From an uncultured bacterium (GTDB lineage Bacteria > Electryoneota > Electryoneia > Electryoneales > Electryoneaceae): a DNA stretch of 64,000 bases. The notes beneath the pieces are model-generated. The model was not told the DNA's origin. It ran no database searches and saw only the letters and a program-made list of their open reading frames with translations. The translations under genes and the position numbers were made by a program. Shown here in pieces: positions 19,389-29,329 of the stretch (within the stretch, counting starts at the first letter, position 1; each line of letters begins with the position of its first letter). The stretch is from contig CAZKGR010000019.1 of NCBI GenBank assembly GCA_964552465.1, positions 1,619 through 65,618 on the forward strand. Reading direction: 5' to 3'.

Positions 19389-20942
19389 TTATTTCATCAA
19401 TACCGCCTTTTGCATCTGGGTACCCTGATCCGTGACTGTGGCGGATACGAAATACACACCACTCGCCAGGTTTGATCCATCAAGCACCAGCGAATGCTGA
19501 CCTGCTGTATAGCTGCCCTGAGCGAGGATTGCTGCCTGACGTCCGAGTGCGTCGTAAACAACCACGTTTACATGCGCAGCTTCGGGAAGCGTCAAGGTTA
19601 ACGATGTCGTCGGATTGAACGGGTTTGGATATGCCGTACTCAGCACGAATTCAGACGGCGCAGTGATATTTTCAGCCGCTGATCCAGCCAATTCGTCACC
19701 GAGTTGCGCTAATCCATCGCTGTGCCAGCCGCCAACAGCTATACCGTCTGTTCCTACCGCCAGCTTGCTGAAGCCGAAGCCGTCTTGAGCGATTGGCGTG
19801 GACGGGTCTGGTCCAGCGTACACGTTGAAAATGTAATCGCCTGCCGGTGCGAAGCCGGGAACATCTTGAGTCAGCAACGGCACGAAAATGTTCGCCTGCG
19901 CAGGCAGAATCACCGGAACACTTTCCACGAAGTACTCGAAACCGCTGGGCATGGTAGCTGTCGTCCAAATGCTGCCGAAAAACGGTGTCTGGTAGGTCGA
20001 CGTAATACCCAGGCTCCAGTTGAAGCTCCCGCCCAGCGCCGGTATCTGAATTGGTGGGCTCAGAGGGTTCGCATCAAGAACCAGGGTTTCCGGTGTGTCG
20101 CCGAGATTCATCCTGCGGACGGTTGACGCGGTCGTGAAATTCGGATCGGTTTCCCCAGGATATGAAAGCGCAAATGCGACTTCACCGTATCCCGGCGTAT
20201 ACCACGAATACGCCTTAGATACCGGAACTTCATAAATTCGACCGATTGGAACTTCAATCGGGATGCCAAAGAGATACCAGATCCCGACCGCATCCGCGTA
20301 ACCGCCGACCTGCGAATACACACGGAGAGCATCCACGTTGCCGCCGGGTAGAGTGACCGTACCCCAACCATCGCAGAGATTCTCGCCGCCAATCGTGATT
20401 TCAATTCTAATCTCGTCAAACAAGGGGATTGGATAGGGGATGTCATTCACGTCTATTGTAACCTCATGATAGATATTGATGCCCCAGGAATCGTTGTAGT
20501 CCAATGGCAACGGCATCAAAGGAATTTCAAATGGGAATGGGAACTCACCGCCAAGCTCTTCCACGTACAGAGTTATCCCGAGAACAGTCCATTGGCTGGC
20601 TGTGACCTGGTCATAGCGCCACGACGGTCCTTCGTCCAGGCCGAACGGAACCGGACCATAAGTAGCCCGGTTGGCCGCGGGGAACCACAGGTGCCATGGT
20701 GTATCTGACGGTGTAAAGATCTCTTCGTTTTGGATGGTGAACTGGGAAACTTGTGAGAAATCCCAAGACTGGTTCGCACCAGAAGCGCCGACATTCACCG
20801 CAACATCCGATTCGACCATGTATTCGAAGATCGTACCCGGTGTCATCGGAACATCCTGATCCGTGAAATTGATTTGTGCCAGCGCGTTTGAACCACTTGA
20901 CACAAGCAAAAAGACCAGCAATCCCGTAATTAACGTTTTCAT
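19389..20942 (-). CDS. Hypothetical secreted protein with T9SS C-terminal sorting domain (517 aa)
   Basis: Signal peptide. The C-terminus is AYPNPFNPTTSLTLTLPEAAHVNVVVYDALGRQ...GVYFVSATVTDQGTQMQKAVLMK. It lies 8 bp from the upstream paralog array on the same strand. Confidence 0.75.
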   Translation of the reverse strand: MKTLITGLLVFLLVSSGSNALAQINFTDQDVPMTPGTIFEYMVESDVAVNVGASGANQSWDFSQVSQFTIQNEEIFTPSDTPWHLWFPAANRATYGPVPFGLDEGPSWRYDQVTASQWTVLGITLYVEELGGEFPFPFEIPLMPLPLDYNDSWGINIYHEVTIDVNDIPYPIPLFDEIRIEITIGGENLCDGWGTVTLPGGNVDALRVYSQVGGYADAVGIWYLFGIPIEVPIGRIYEVPVSKAYSWYTPGYGEVAFALSYPGETDPNFTTASTVRRMNLGDTPETLVLDANPLSPPIQIPALGGSFNWSLGITSTYQTPFFGSIWTTATMPSGFEYFVESVPVILPAQANIFVPLLTQDVPGFAPAGDYIFNVYAGPDPSTPIAQDGFGFSKLAVGTDGIAVGGWHSDGLAQLGDELAGSAAENITAPSEFVLSTAYPNPFNPTTSLTLTLPEAAHVNVVVYDALGRQAAILAQGSYTAGQHSLVLDGSNLASGVYFVSATVTDQGTQMQKAVLMK

Positions 20943-21243
20943 CGTTCTTCCCCCTTCTCTATGCCCGGCATACGGCAGCCGTTATCCCCAGCTTTGTATG
21001 ATCAGATTAATCCAACTAGAATAAAACGAAGAACTCCAAAAATCTCTCCAATCAGTGTACGCACCGAAAGTTATCAGTCCAAGGAAAAGCGTGGGACGTC
21101 GCCAATAAGTAGGTCCAAATTGTCTCTCCGCTCCATAATCCAACCATCCGGCTCAGAGCGCGTAACGGTTTGCCTTTTCCATTCGTCGCACGTACGTTCC
21201 AGACCATTCATCAACATTCCAATTTCAGATTCAAGGAGTAACC

Positions 21244-22365
21244 ATGCACGACCCGCGTCACGACAAGCTTGCAAACCTGCTCGTCAACTATTCCTGCGAA
21301 ATTCAGCCCGGTGAAAAGGTGCTGATTGAGTGTTACGATACACCGGTCGAGTTCATCGATTCGATCGTCAAGGCTGTTTATGCGGCGGGCGGCCATCCGC
21401 TGCTCGAACTGAAACACAACAAGCTGATACGTACCATGCTCAACGGCGCATCCAAGGAATCGCTGGCGGCGATCCAGGATAGCGAACTGCATCGAATGAA
21501 GAACATGGACGCGTTCATCGGTGTTCGCGGTGTGTCGAACGCGAAAGAGTTGAGCGATGTGGAGTCTGACAAAAACGCGCTGTGGGGGACCGAGGTTTTC
21601 CAGCCGGTGCACGCGAACGAACGTGTGCCGAATACCAAGTGGGTTGTTCTGCGTTACCCGACTCCGGCGATGGCGATGATGGCAGACATGAGCACCGAAG
21701 CGTTCGAGGACTATTACTTCAAAGTGACCTCCGACGTTGACTACAAGAAAATGTCTGAAGCGATGACCCCGGCAGCTGATTATCTGCGTAACGCCGACCA
21801 GGTCCACATCACCGGCCCCGGCACCGATCTCAAATTCTCGATCAAGGGTATCGGAGCGGTCAAATGCGACGGACAGCGCAACATCCCGGACGGCGAAGTC
21901 TACTCCTGCCCGGTGCGCGACTCGGTGAACGGTACAATTCGTTACAACACACCGTCCAGCTACCATGGGTTCACGTTCAAGGACATCGAACTGACTTTCG
22001 AGAACGGTAAAATCGTCAAGGCGACCGCCAACGACACCAAGCGCATTAACGCGATCCTCGACACGGACGAAGGCGCACGCTACATCGGCGAATTCGCACT
22101 CGGCTGCAACCCGGCGATCGACTTCGCGATGGATGAGATCCTGTTTGACGAAAAGATCGGCGGCAGTTTCCACTTCACGCCGGGCAACGCGTACGACGAC
22201 ACCGATAACGGTAACCGTTCGGCTGTGCACTGGGACCTGGTTCTGATTCAGACGCCGGAATATGGCGGCGGCGAGATTCACATGGACGGCGAACTGATCC
22301 GCAAAGACGGCCTGTTCGTTCATCCGGCGTTCGAAGGATTGAATCCCGACAAGTTGATGGGGTAG
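21244..22365 (+). CDS. Aminopeptidase, M29 family (AmpS/PepS/aminopeptidase T-like)
   Basis: Full-length similarity pattern of thermophilic M29 aminopeptidases (LANLLVNYSCEIQPGEKVLI..., ...YIGEFALGCNP...GGSFHFTPGNAY...). The long antisense ORF 21211..22626 is a shadow. Confidence 0.85.
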   Translation: MHDPRHDKLANLLVNYSCEIQPGEKVLIECYDTPVEFIDSIVKAVYAAGGHPLLELKHNKLIRTMLNGASKESLAAIQDSELHRMKNMDAFIGVRGVSNAKELSDVESDKNALWGTEVFQPVHANERVPNTKWVVLRYPTPAMAMMADMSTEAFEDYYFKVTSDVDYKKMSEAMTPAADYLRNADQVHITGPGTDLKFSIKGIGAVKCDGQRNIPDGEVYSCPVRDSVNGTIRYNTPSSYHGFTFKDIELTFENGKIVKATANDTKRINAILDTDEGARYIGEFALGCNPAIDFAMDEILFDEKIGGSFHFTPGNAYDDTDNGNRSAVHWDLVLIQTPEYGGGEIHMDGELIRKDGLFVHPAFEGLNPDKLMG

Positions 22366-22376
22366 ACTTGATATGC

Positions 22377-22446
22377 CCACGACATTTATGTCGTGGATGA
22401 ATTGACATCGTGAACTTGGGATAATCCCTGACATAAATGTCAGGGG
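22377..22446. promoter_or_regulatory. Pair of related palindromes cccaCGACATTTATGTCGtgg and ccctGACATAAATGTCAggg (candidate operator pair)
   Basis: Seen directly in the sequence. The two are 50 bp apart (centre to centre), between the aminopeptidase and acetyltransferase genes. Confidence 0.45.
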
Positions 22447-22584
22447 CATGTGAGAACCAATATTTACTTGCCACGGGCGTTTGTCCGTGGCATTTTCTTG
22501 TCGGGTTCCCCATCGAAGCCTGATCATTGGATGATCCCTGTTGGCGAAGCCCGCAGGGGCACCATGAAAACTGGAGATCACCAG

Positions 22585-23223
22585 ATGTCGGAAGAAGTAC
22601 GCGTTGTCCCGATGCAAGAGGAACACATCGAAGAGCTGGTCGATGTGTATTTACAGGCATTCCACGATCGCCCCTCAGGTAAGATGGGGCGCCGGTATGT
22701 GCGCGCGTTCTTCCGCTGGTTCATAAGCTACGAGGACGGTATCGCACTGGCAGCCGTCGAGGGCGAGACACCGCTCGGCTTCGGTGTCGGAGCGGTGATG
22801 GGCTACCAGAAGCCGATGAACCGCGACCTGTTCTGGACTGTATTCTGGTCAATTCTCCCCCGCCCACAGCTGTGGCTGAACAAAGATGTCGTAAACAATA
22901 TTACCCTGCGAATCAAGGTTGCGCTGGGCTTGTACCGTAGACCAGCGAACCTGCCATCAATCACCTACCCGCAGCCGTGTGTTTCGTATGTCGGGGCGGG
23001 AGTGTCGGATAAGGCGCGCGGAAAACGGGTCGGCAAGAAGATCTATACCGCCTTCACCGCCGCCTGCGAGAATTCAGACAAGTACCGTGCGATCCGTGGT
23101 ACGGTTCATGAGTCAAACGCACCGGTGAACAAGATACTTGGCGGGCTCGGATGGAAAGAGATCGCGAAAAAGGATGCCGGCTACCTCGAATGGGCGAAAA
23201 TTTTCGATGAAATGGTTGAGTGA
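22585..23223 (+). CDS. Probable GNAT-family N-acetyltransferase
   Basis: N-terminus VRVVPMQEEHIEELVDVYLQAF is typical of GNAT; weak overall. I chose the ATG at 22585 because of a GGAGA SD 7 nt upstream. The ORF track started at 22450. Confidence 0.45.
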   Translation: MSEEVRVVPMQEEHIEELVDVYLQAFHDRPSGKMGRRYVRAFFRWFISYEDGIALAAVEGETPLGFGVGAVMGYQKPMNRDLFWTVFWSILPRPQLWLNKDVVNNITLRIKVALGLYRRPANLPSITYPQPCVSYVGAGVSDKARGKRVGKKIYTAFTAACENSDKYRAIRGTVHESNAPVNKILGGLGWKEIAKKDAGYLEWAKIFDEMVE

Positions 23224-23491
23224 ATAGAGACTGATACCCGGTGGGTCATTCTGAAGCCGGTGGTAGCCGGATGAAGAAGGTCTGACTTCGCTTAAGTTCG
23301 GGAGAACCGTTACCCTTAGATATGCTGGATCTTCTTCCGATGACTGCGTCATCGTCGGAATGACGTACTTGGCGAGAGTATCCTTGATTTCCGACGACGA
23401 ATGGACACATCACGATATCGCCTGATGAAACCTCGCCTTCGGTCAGTTCGTGTGCTAAGTTATGGAATAGCAGCGGACGGGACTTTTTGTT

Positions 23492-26400
23492 ATGAAACAA
23501 CAGCACACCATCATATTGATTGCTTTCCTGGTTGTATTCCTTAACGTTGGAATCGCGCGCGCTGCCGCTCCGAATCAATCACCAGTTCAACATCGAGAAT
23601 CCTCATTCGACTTCGACTTTCGTGCGCAAACGTGGTATGGCCTGAACGAAGCCACATCCGCCCGTTCCAACGAGGAGGCTGCGCGGGAGTATCTGCTACG
23701 TTACCCTGACCGATTCGGCGGAGTCGAATCGATAGAGGAGCTCGAATTTATCAGCGAGAGGACAAGCCCCTCCGGCCACCATCTGCTGTTTCGGCAAATG
23801 GTCAGCAATATCCCCGTATACCGTGGTGAAGTGCGGGTGCACATGGACCAGCAGCGGGTTATAAAAGCCGTGACCAGCACTGTTCTGCCGGTCTCGCAGT
23901 TGGTTGTAACACAACCCGCAATACCCGCAGAAACGGCGATTCAGACTGCGATTGACCGCATCGGAGAACCACGACCAGACTCACAACCTGACACCGATCA
24001 ATTGATTGTAATTGATCATGAATCTGGCGACGGGTACGTTGTGTGGCGAGTACGCCTGTCTTGCATCAATCCTCTCGGCGACTGGGAGTTGCTGATCGAC
24101 GCATTAAACGGCGATGTCCTGTACATCGACAACCGGATGGCGTTCGAAAACGGTGAAGGGTTGGCATTCGATCCGGACCCAATTAGTACCGCTGGGGTTG
24201 AATATGGCGAACCGGGCTACACGGACGACGACGATGCCGACACGCCCGAGTTGAACGTCGAACGCGTCCCCGTGCTGCTGCGCGACATCAGTTTCCATGA
24301 AGGCGCTTATTGGTTAGAAGGGCCGAATGTCGAAATTACTGATTTCGAAGCTCCTGCAATCACGCCTGTTTCTTCAGCAACATTGAACGGATTCACCTAC
24401 ACCCGCAGCGAGTCCGGGTTCGAAGACGTGAACGCGTACTACCACATCGACTCGATGCAGCGCCTGATACAATCACTCGGTTTTACGGACCTTCAGAACG
24501 GACCGATCTCGGCAGATCCCCATGCCTGCAACGGGCAGGACATGTCTTACTATTCGCCGGAGTTCAACCGTCTTGGATTTGGCGAAGGCGGAGTGGATGA
24601 CGCCGAAGATGCCGATGTGCTCCGTCACGAATACGGCCACGCGTTGCACCATGACGCGGTCGGAGGTGAAGTGTGGGGCGTAGACATCCGTTCAATTGCC
24701 GAAGGCATCTGTGACTATTGGGCATCGAGCTTGTCAGATAGAACCGAACCGTTTCACAGTTACTGGGTTTACAACTGGGACGGTCACAATGAGTTCTGGG
24801 ACGGCCGTTTCGTCACGACGGAAGATGTTTACCCAGATGACTGGTCGGCGGACTTATATCGCAACGGGACCATCTGGGCACATGCGCTGTGGTCGTTCAG
24901 CCGAGATGTCAACAATGCGGATGTGGCAGATGCGATCGTCGCGCAATCTCTGTACTACATGGCATCAGGTATTGATCCCGAAGCCGCCGCGCAAGCCCTG
25001 CTGCAGGCTGAGGATGATCTGTATGGCGGGCAGTACCGGATTGATGTCGTGACCGCCCTCGCGGAAAAAGGATTCATGGATGCCTATGGTTCAATGGAAG
25101 GATACATCGGCAACGAGTTGACTGGGAATCCGGTTGAGGGCGCGCAGATCACCGTCGAAGGTGTGTCCGCCTTCTCCGAAGCGAACGGTCATTACCTGCT
25201 TGAGCAAATTCCCATTGGACACTGGGACGCAGAATTTTCTGCCGAGGGATTCCGAAACACTTCACGCAATGTGTATATCGAGACTGAACAAACCCTGCAA
25301 TTCAGCATATTGTTGTCGCCAGTGATTGCAACTGTTGATGTCGATTCGCTGAACCTGCACGCGTACATCGGCGAGAATGCCGATTCCAGTATCACCCTGA
25401 CATCGTTGAACAGTGACATTTATTACATCATGCGGGCTGATCCGGTAGGTTTAGATCCCATACCGCCATATGAAGCACATGCCGCAATTCCGCTCAACCT
25501 TCCCCCGGAAGAAATGCAGGACGTGGTGTTCGTAAACGGCTGTTATTACGTGCTGCACACCGCAGCGCAGGCAGTGTACAGTGTGTATGTGCTGGACCAG
25601 AACGGTTTCCCAGTACGCAGCTTCCTGCAACCTACCGATCTTGGGATACCGTTCCGAGGATTGACCACGGATGGTGAATTCCTCTATTCCATCGTGTCAA
25701 GCACCATAGTTAAATATGACACACTCGGTGTAGTTCATCATCAGTTTGAGGACGTTCATCCAACCTACAGGTGGTTGGCTAAGACTCAGTTCGACGGACA
25801 TTTCTGGTGTGCTCGTGAGGACGGAGTGATCGAACCGTTTGGATTGGGTGTCGGTCACTACTGGGAACCCATTGAGACGGGGTTGCCGATCAATGGGATT
25901 GCCTATGATATAGGGCGAGGGGATCTGGCTTCTGTCGTATTACTAACCGATCCCGAAGGTTCGGCGCCGGAAGTGCATTTCTTCGACACGACTCACCATA
26001 CCCTGGTTGATGAGCATTACACGCTGGCAAACGAATTTGGTGTGCCCCTGGGAGCGGCTGTGTTCACCGGTTTGCAGCAACCGATTGACTACCGCTACCT
26101 GGTGACTCTGATGGACGAGGGTGCCGGCCAGCAGCTGCAACTGTACCGTATTCGTTGGACAATCCCGTATATCTCGTTTGATGGATTGTCTGGCCTGGTG
26201 TATGAAAACGAGTCAGATACAGTCGCTGTCCACGCTGAATCGCAATTCCTGGAAACGGGCTTCTATGAAGCGATGCTGAAGATTTTCTTTCCGCACGGCG
26301 GATCGGCACTGGAAGTGCCGTTTACACTACGAATTACGGCCGTCAATGCACCGCAATTCGCAAATGCCGGACAACCACGCGAGTTCGCCGTGACCGCGCC

Positions 26401-26644
26401 ATCGCCTAATCCGTGCAATGCGGCAACGGTGATGACTGTAACTACACCACGAGCTGGCGAAATCAAGTTGAAAGTTTATGATATCCTCGGACGGCAGGTT
26501 GATCATATACGGTGGCAGCAGGATGCAGGATCGCGACGCATCACATGGACGCCCGCACCTGGAACTGCGAGTGGTTTGTACCTGGTGCGAGTGCAAATTG
26601 AGGAGTACTCACCAATCACGCGCAAAATTGTCGTTGTGAAGTGA
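23492..26644 (+). CDS. Secreted HExxH zinc metalloprotease (M4/M36-like FTP propeptide + catalytic domain + carboxypeptidase-regulatory-like beta domain + T9SS CTD), 1050 aa
   Basis: Signal peptide. FTP-like propeptide motif (HHLLFRQMVSNIPVYRGEVRVHMD). Zinc site VLRHEYGHALHHD. CarbopepD_reg-like GNPVEGAQITVEGV...NGHYLL. C-terminal T9SS domain ...GLYLVRVQIEEYSPITRKIVVVK. Confidence 0.8.
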   Translation: MKQQHTIILIAFLVVFLNVGIARAAAPNQSPVQHRESSFDFDFRAQTWYGLNEATSARSNEEAAREYLLRYPDRFGGVESIEELEFISERTSPSGHHLLFRQMVSNIPVYRGEVRVHMDQQRVIKAVTSTVLPVSQLVVTQPAIPAETAIQTAIDRIGEPRPDSQPDTDQLIVIDHESGDGYVVWRVRLSCINPLGDWELLIDALNGDVLYIDNRMAFENGEGLAFDPDPISTAGVEYGEPGYTDDDDADTPELNVERVPVLLRDISFHEGAYWLEGPNVEITDFEAPAITPVSSATLNGFTYTRSESGFEDVNAYYHIDSMQRLIQSLGFTDLQNGPISADPHACNGQDMSYYSPEFNRLGFGEGGVDDAEDADVLRHEYGHALHHDAVGGEVWGVDIRSIAEGICDYWASSLSDRTEPFHSYWVYNWDGHNEFWDGRFVTTEDVYPDDWSADLYRNGTIWAHALWSFSRDVNNADVADAIVAQSLYYMASGIDPEAAAQALLQAEDDLYGGQYRIDVVTALAEKGFMDAYGSMEGYIGNELTGNPVEGAQITVEGVSAFSEANGHYLLEQIPIGHWDAEFSAEGFRNTSRNVYIETEQTLQFSILLSPVIATVDVDSLNLHAYIGENADSSITLTSLNSDIYYIMRADPVGLDPIPPYEAHAAIPLNLPPEEMQDVVFVNGCYYVLHTAAQAVYSVYVLDQNGFPVRSFLQPTDLGIPFRGLTTDGEFLYSIVSSTIVKYDTLGVVHHQFEDVHPTYRWLAKTQFDGHFWCAREDGVIEPFGLGVGHYWEPIETGLPINGIAYDIGRGDLASVVLLTDPEGSAPEVHFFDTTHHTLVDEHYTLANEFGVPLGAAVFTGLQQPIDYRYLVTLMDEGAGQQLQLYRIRWTIPYISFDGLSGLVYENESDTVAVHAESQFLETGFYEAMLKIFFPHGGSALEVPFTLRITAVNAPQFANAGQPREFAVTAPSPNPCNAATVMTVTTPRAGEIKLKVYDILGRQVDHIRWQQDAGSRRITWTPAPGTASGLYLVRVQIEEYSPITRKIVVVK

Positions 26645-26688
26645 AGCCACAACAACTGCCGGTGTGTCAAACGAAGAGGTACACCCGC

Positions 26689-28491
26689 CTATTTGGGCCC
26701 AAACCGCTTGTTCCACATTTCGTTGATAGCTCTGGGTGGATCATCCCACGGCGTGTCGTAAAAATTCCGCAAATCGTATATGTAACCCTGACGGACCGGT
26801 GGACATCGACGCGTACCTTCGGCCATCATCCAGTATTTGGGAATCTGCAAATCGCCAATTAACCACTGGTTGTTTTCAAAAATTGTGTGGAAATGGTAAT
26901 AGCAACGAGCGATTAATGGATCAACCCCAAACGTGAAGAAGGTGCTCCCTTCATCACCCGTACGGCTGAAAATGTTGTTGTAGTACTGGTTGTTCCACGC
27001 TTGAAAATAGATTGGCTCGCCGTAGGGTTCGATGATCCCATCTTCCATGATGTAATCCACCGAATGAATCAGTACAGGGAATCCAGACTGACTGATGATA
27101 GTCGAGTTCTGGATTATTGCTTCGTCACATGCGCTGATTAACAATGCGCTGGAACGGAAACGATAGATACGGTCGTCGTCAACGGGACGGCTGTTGCGAC
27201 TCATTTGACAATTGTCGATCAGAACCGGACCAAAGCAACGTTCGATAAACAGACCACGGTACTGATTGAACATGAGGGTGCTGTTCATGACAGTTATATC
27301 GCGCCCGTCCTTGTCGAACCACAGGCCGTGACCATGATTGTACCGTCCGGTATAGTTATCAACATAGATTCGACGGGTACGGAAAAACTTGATTCCGCCA
27401 GCGTCATACGCGACCGTGCCAGCATCATAACCACGCCAGTTGTTGAATTCGATAGTACAATTGTTGACGTAGAACGCTTGAGCGTGCGCGATCATCATCC
27501 CGTAAATGCCATTTTCGTAAGCGTTTACGTTTTCAATCACGTTCCAGGGCGGATGCGTGTTCTCCATCAGCACCCAATCAACAGGATTATACGGATCTAG
27601 CGGTATGGTCGGACAGTTTCGGACCGACAGGCCATAAGAACTGCTGTGGTGGAAATCGCAATCACGGATCGTGACTTTAGGTAACCAGGAAAAATCAACC
27701 ATCCCCGTTTTGATAAACGGGCTGCCATAAGCAAACTCGATATTGTGCAGTTCGACACCGCGGCTATTGCGCGCAGACAACAATTTCTGGCAAGCCGAGA
27801 AATAAACCGGGACTACGTTCGGATCCTGGTTGGTGTTGATGCGGACGGTGCCGGTTCCTTCCAGTGGAACACAAAAGCTGTTTTCCTTGACCATCACAAT
27901 TTCAGGCAGGGACACCTGCGTGAGGCGAACATCACCCTGCATCAAGAGTTCACGTCGGAGAATAGTCCGTCCATCACGCCATTCACCTGGAAATGGACTG
28001 GGCTGGAATATGTCAATCAAACAGCCAATCCAGCCATAAAAACCCTCAGCACCACATGTGAACGCGTCAAGACTCAAATAGTAGCCAAAATCGTACGACC
28101 ACGGAGCTTCCCACACACCTCCACCGAGTGACGTCCAGTCCGTGATTGGTGTTTCAGACAGGCCGCTGATCACGGGTTTTTCGTCACCGACACCATTCAG
28201 AATCAAGTAGGGGAAGTCATAACTGGCGACAGACAGGGTTGAGTCGTCGGTCATGTGGTAAGTGCCCGGCATAATATTCAGTGTGACATTCGCGTCACCA
28301 GGAATATCACTGTAGAATTGAATATATGAGAATGCGGTTTGCAGCCCAGGCATGCAGTTCAGGCTGTCAACCCCGTTGAATTCTCCGGACCCTAGAGGGC
28401 TGACCCAATAGCTGTACTGCCCCTTTGCGGTGGGGATAAATAGCTGCAGAGTCACAAACAATAACAATAAAAACGATCTAGCGAACATCAC
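26689..28491 (-). CDS. Secreted right-handed parallel beta-helix (pectate-lyase-fold) protein, paralog A
   Basis: Signal peptide. Repeated beta-helix coils (VELHNIEFAY, VTIRDCDFHHSSSYGLSV, NVNAYENGIYGMMIAH, VNNCTIEFNNWRGY, MNSTLMFNQYRGLFIE, LIDNCQMSRN). No T9SS CTD. Confidence 0.75.
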   Translation of the reverse strand: MMFARSFLLLLFVTLQLFIPTAKGQYSYWVSPLGSGEFNGVDSLNCMPGLQTAFSYIQFYSDIPGDANVTLNIMPGTYHMTDDSTLSVASYDFPYLILNGVGDEKPVISGLSETPITDWTSLGGGVWEAPWSYDFGYYLSLDAFTCGAEGFYGWIGCLIDIFQPSPFPGEWRDGRTILRRELLMQGDVRLTQVSLPEIVMVKENSFCVPLEGTGTVRINTNQDPNVVPVYFSACQKLLSARNSRGVELHNIEFAYGSPFIKTGMVDFSWLPKVTIRDCDFHHSSSYGLSVRNCPTIPLDPYNPVDWVLMENTHPPWNVIENVNAYENGIYGMMIAHAQAFYVNNCTIEFNNWRGYDAGTVAYDAGGIKFFRTRRIYVDNYTGRYNHGHGLWFDKDGRDITVMNSTLMFNQYRGLFIERCFGPVLIDNCQMSRNSRPVDDDRIYRFRSSALLISACDEAIIQNSTIISQSGFPVLIHSVDYIMEDGIIEPYGEPIYFQAWNNQYYNNIFSRTGDEGSTFFTFGVDPLIARCYYHFHTIFENNQWLIGDLQIPKYWMMAEGTRRCPPVRQGYIYDLRNFYDTPWDDPPRAINEMWNKRFGPK

Positions 28492-28719
28492 GGAATCTCA
28501 CGGGATAACACAGGAATACAACAGTTGCCGGTCAATATACTTAAAGCCGTCATGAAGATGCGGAGGATAATCGGATTGCGCAATTATTTCTGAGGCAGGA
28601 ACGTATTTGTAAACAACTAGAATCCAAAGAACTACCAAAGTCCCTGAGAGACACAAGCCCCAAACGAGATGGGGCTTGTCATGTTGGTTCAATGTGATTT
28701 CATGTCTAATGGGGATCGG

Positions 28720-29295
28720 CACAGCAACACTGTTACCCGGCGTGGAGCGATGGAAACGGATGTTTTTTGTTTGACCGCTCTCGCACCACGCGCGGGTCAT
28801 AACTTCTTGCCAGCGGTTGAGATTAGTCAACGTCGGCACACTTTTGCCTGGCGTAGCGCAGCGGATTCGGACGTTATGTTTGTTTGACCGTCCCCACGCC
28901 ACGCACAGGCCTGATTTCTCGCCAAACGTCGAACTTTCAACGTCGGCACACTTTTGCCTGGCGTAGCGCGGCGGATACGGACGTTGTGTTTGTTTGACCG
29001 TCCCCGCGCCACGCACAGGCCTATACTTATCGCTTGTCAAGCGAAGCGTCTTCTGATGATGACCGGATTCAAGCGATTGACTCAAAAGTTGCCTGGCGTG
29101 AACCGATGGAAACGGGGTCCAGTCGCCGAGTGTTGACCGTCCACGATCCACGCTCAGGCCTGAGATCTCTCTCCAGTCGAACTATATCCTGTCAAACAAC
29201 AGAACTGCTAAACTTTTGCCCGGTGCGGCGCGACGGTTACGGACCGTTGTTAGTGTTTGACCGACCCCGCACCACACACGGGCCAATTCCAATCC
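28720..29295. repeat. Tandem array of about five degenerate 110-140-bp palindromic units (core ...cttttgcctggcgtagcgc-N-cggac-N-tgtttgaccgtcc-ccgcgccacgcacaggcc)
   Basis: Unit cores (ttgaccg) sit at 28771, 28884, 28994, 29133 and 29257. The 5' arm gcctggcgtagcgcgg pairs with the 3' arm ccgcgccacgcacaggc in each unit. The array is intergenic between the two beta-helix paralogs. Confidence 0.75.
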
Positions 29296-29329
29296 TTCCA
29301 GATTACGCCTGGAAGGAGTTATTTCTTGA

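Noticed and set aside
21211-22626. 471-aa ORF on the minus strand
   Set aside because: Entirely antisense to the well-supported M29 aminopeptidase gene. Its composition is Arg/Val/Ala-rich, typical of shadow ORFs in GC-rich coding DNA.
28498-29151. 217-aa ORF containing repeated SNKHNVRIR.ATPGKSVPTL segments
   Set aside because: The peptide repeats mirror the DNA tandem repeat array. Unit lengths are not multiples of three, and the repeats appear in several frames (also 28827..29012 and 29182..29547). It is therefore non-coding.
28720-29295. Possible CRISPR array
   Set aside because: Whole units of about 110-140 bp are similar, including the would-be spacers. The period is irregular, and no cas genes occur in the window.
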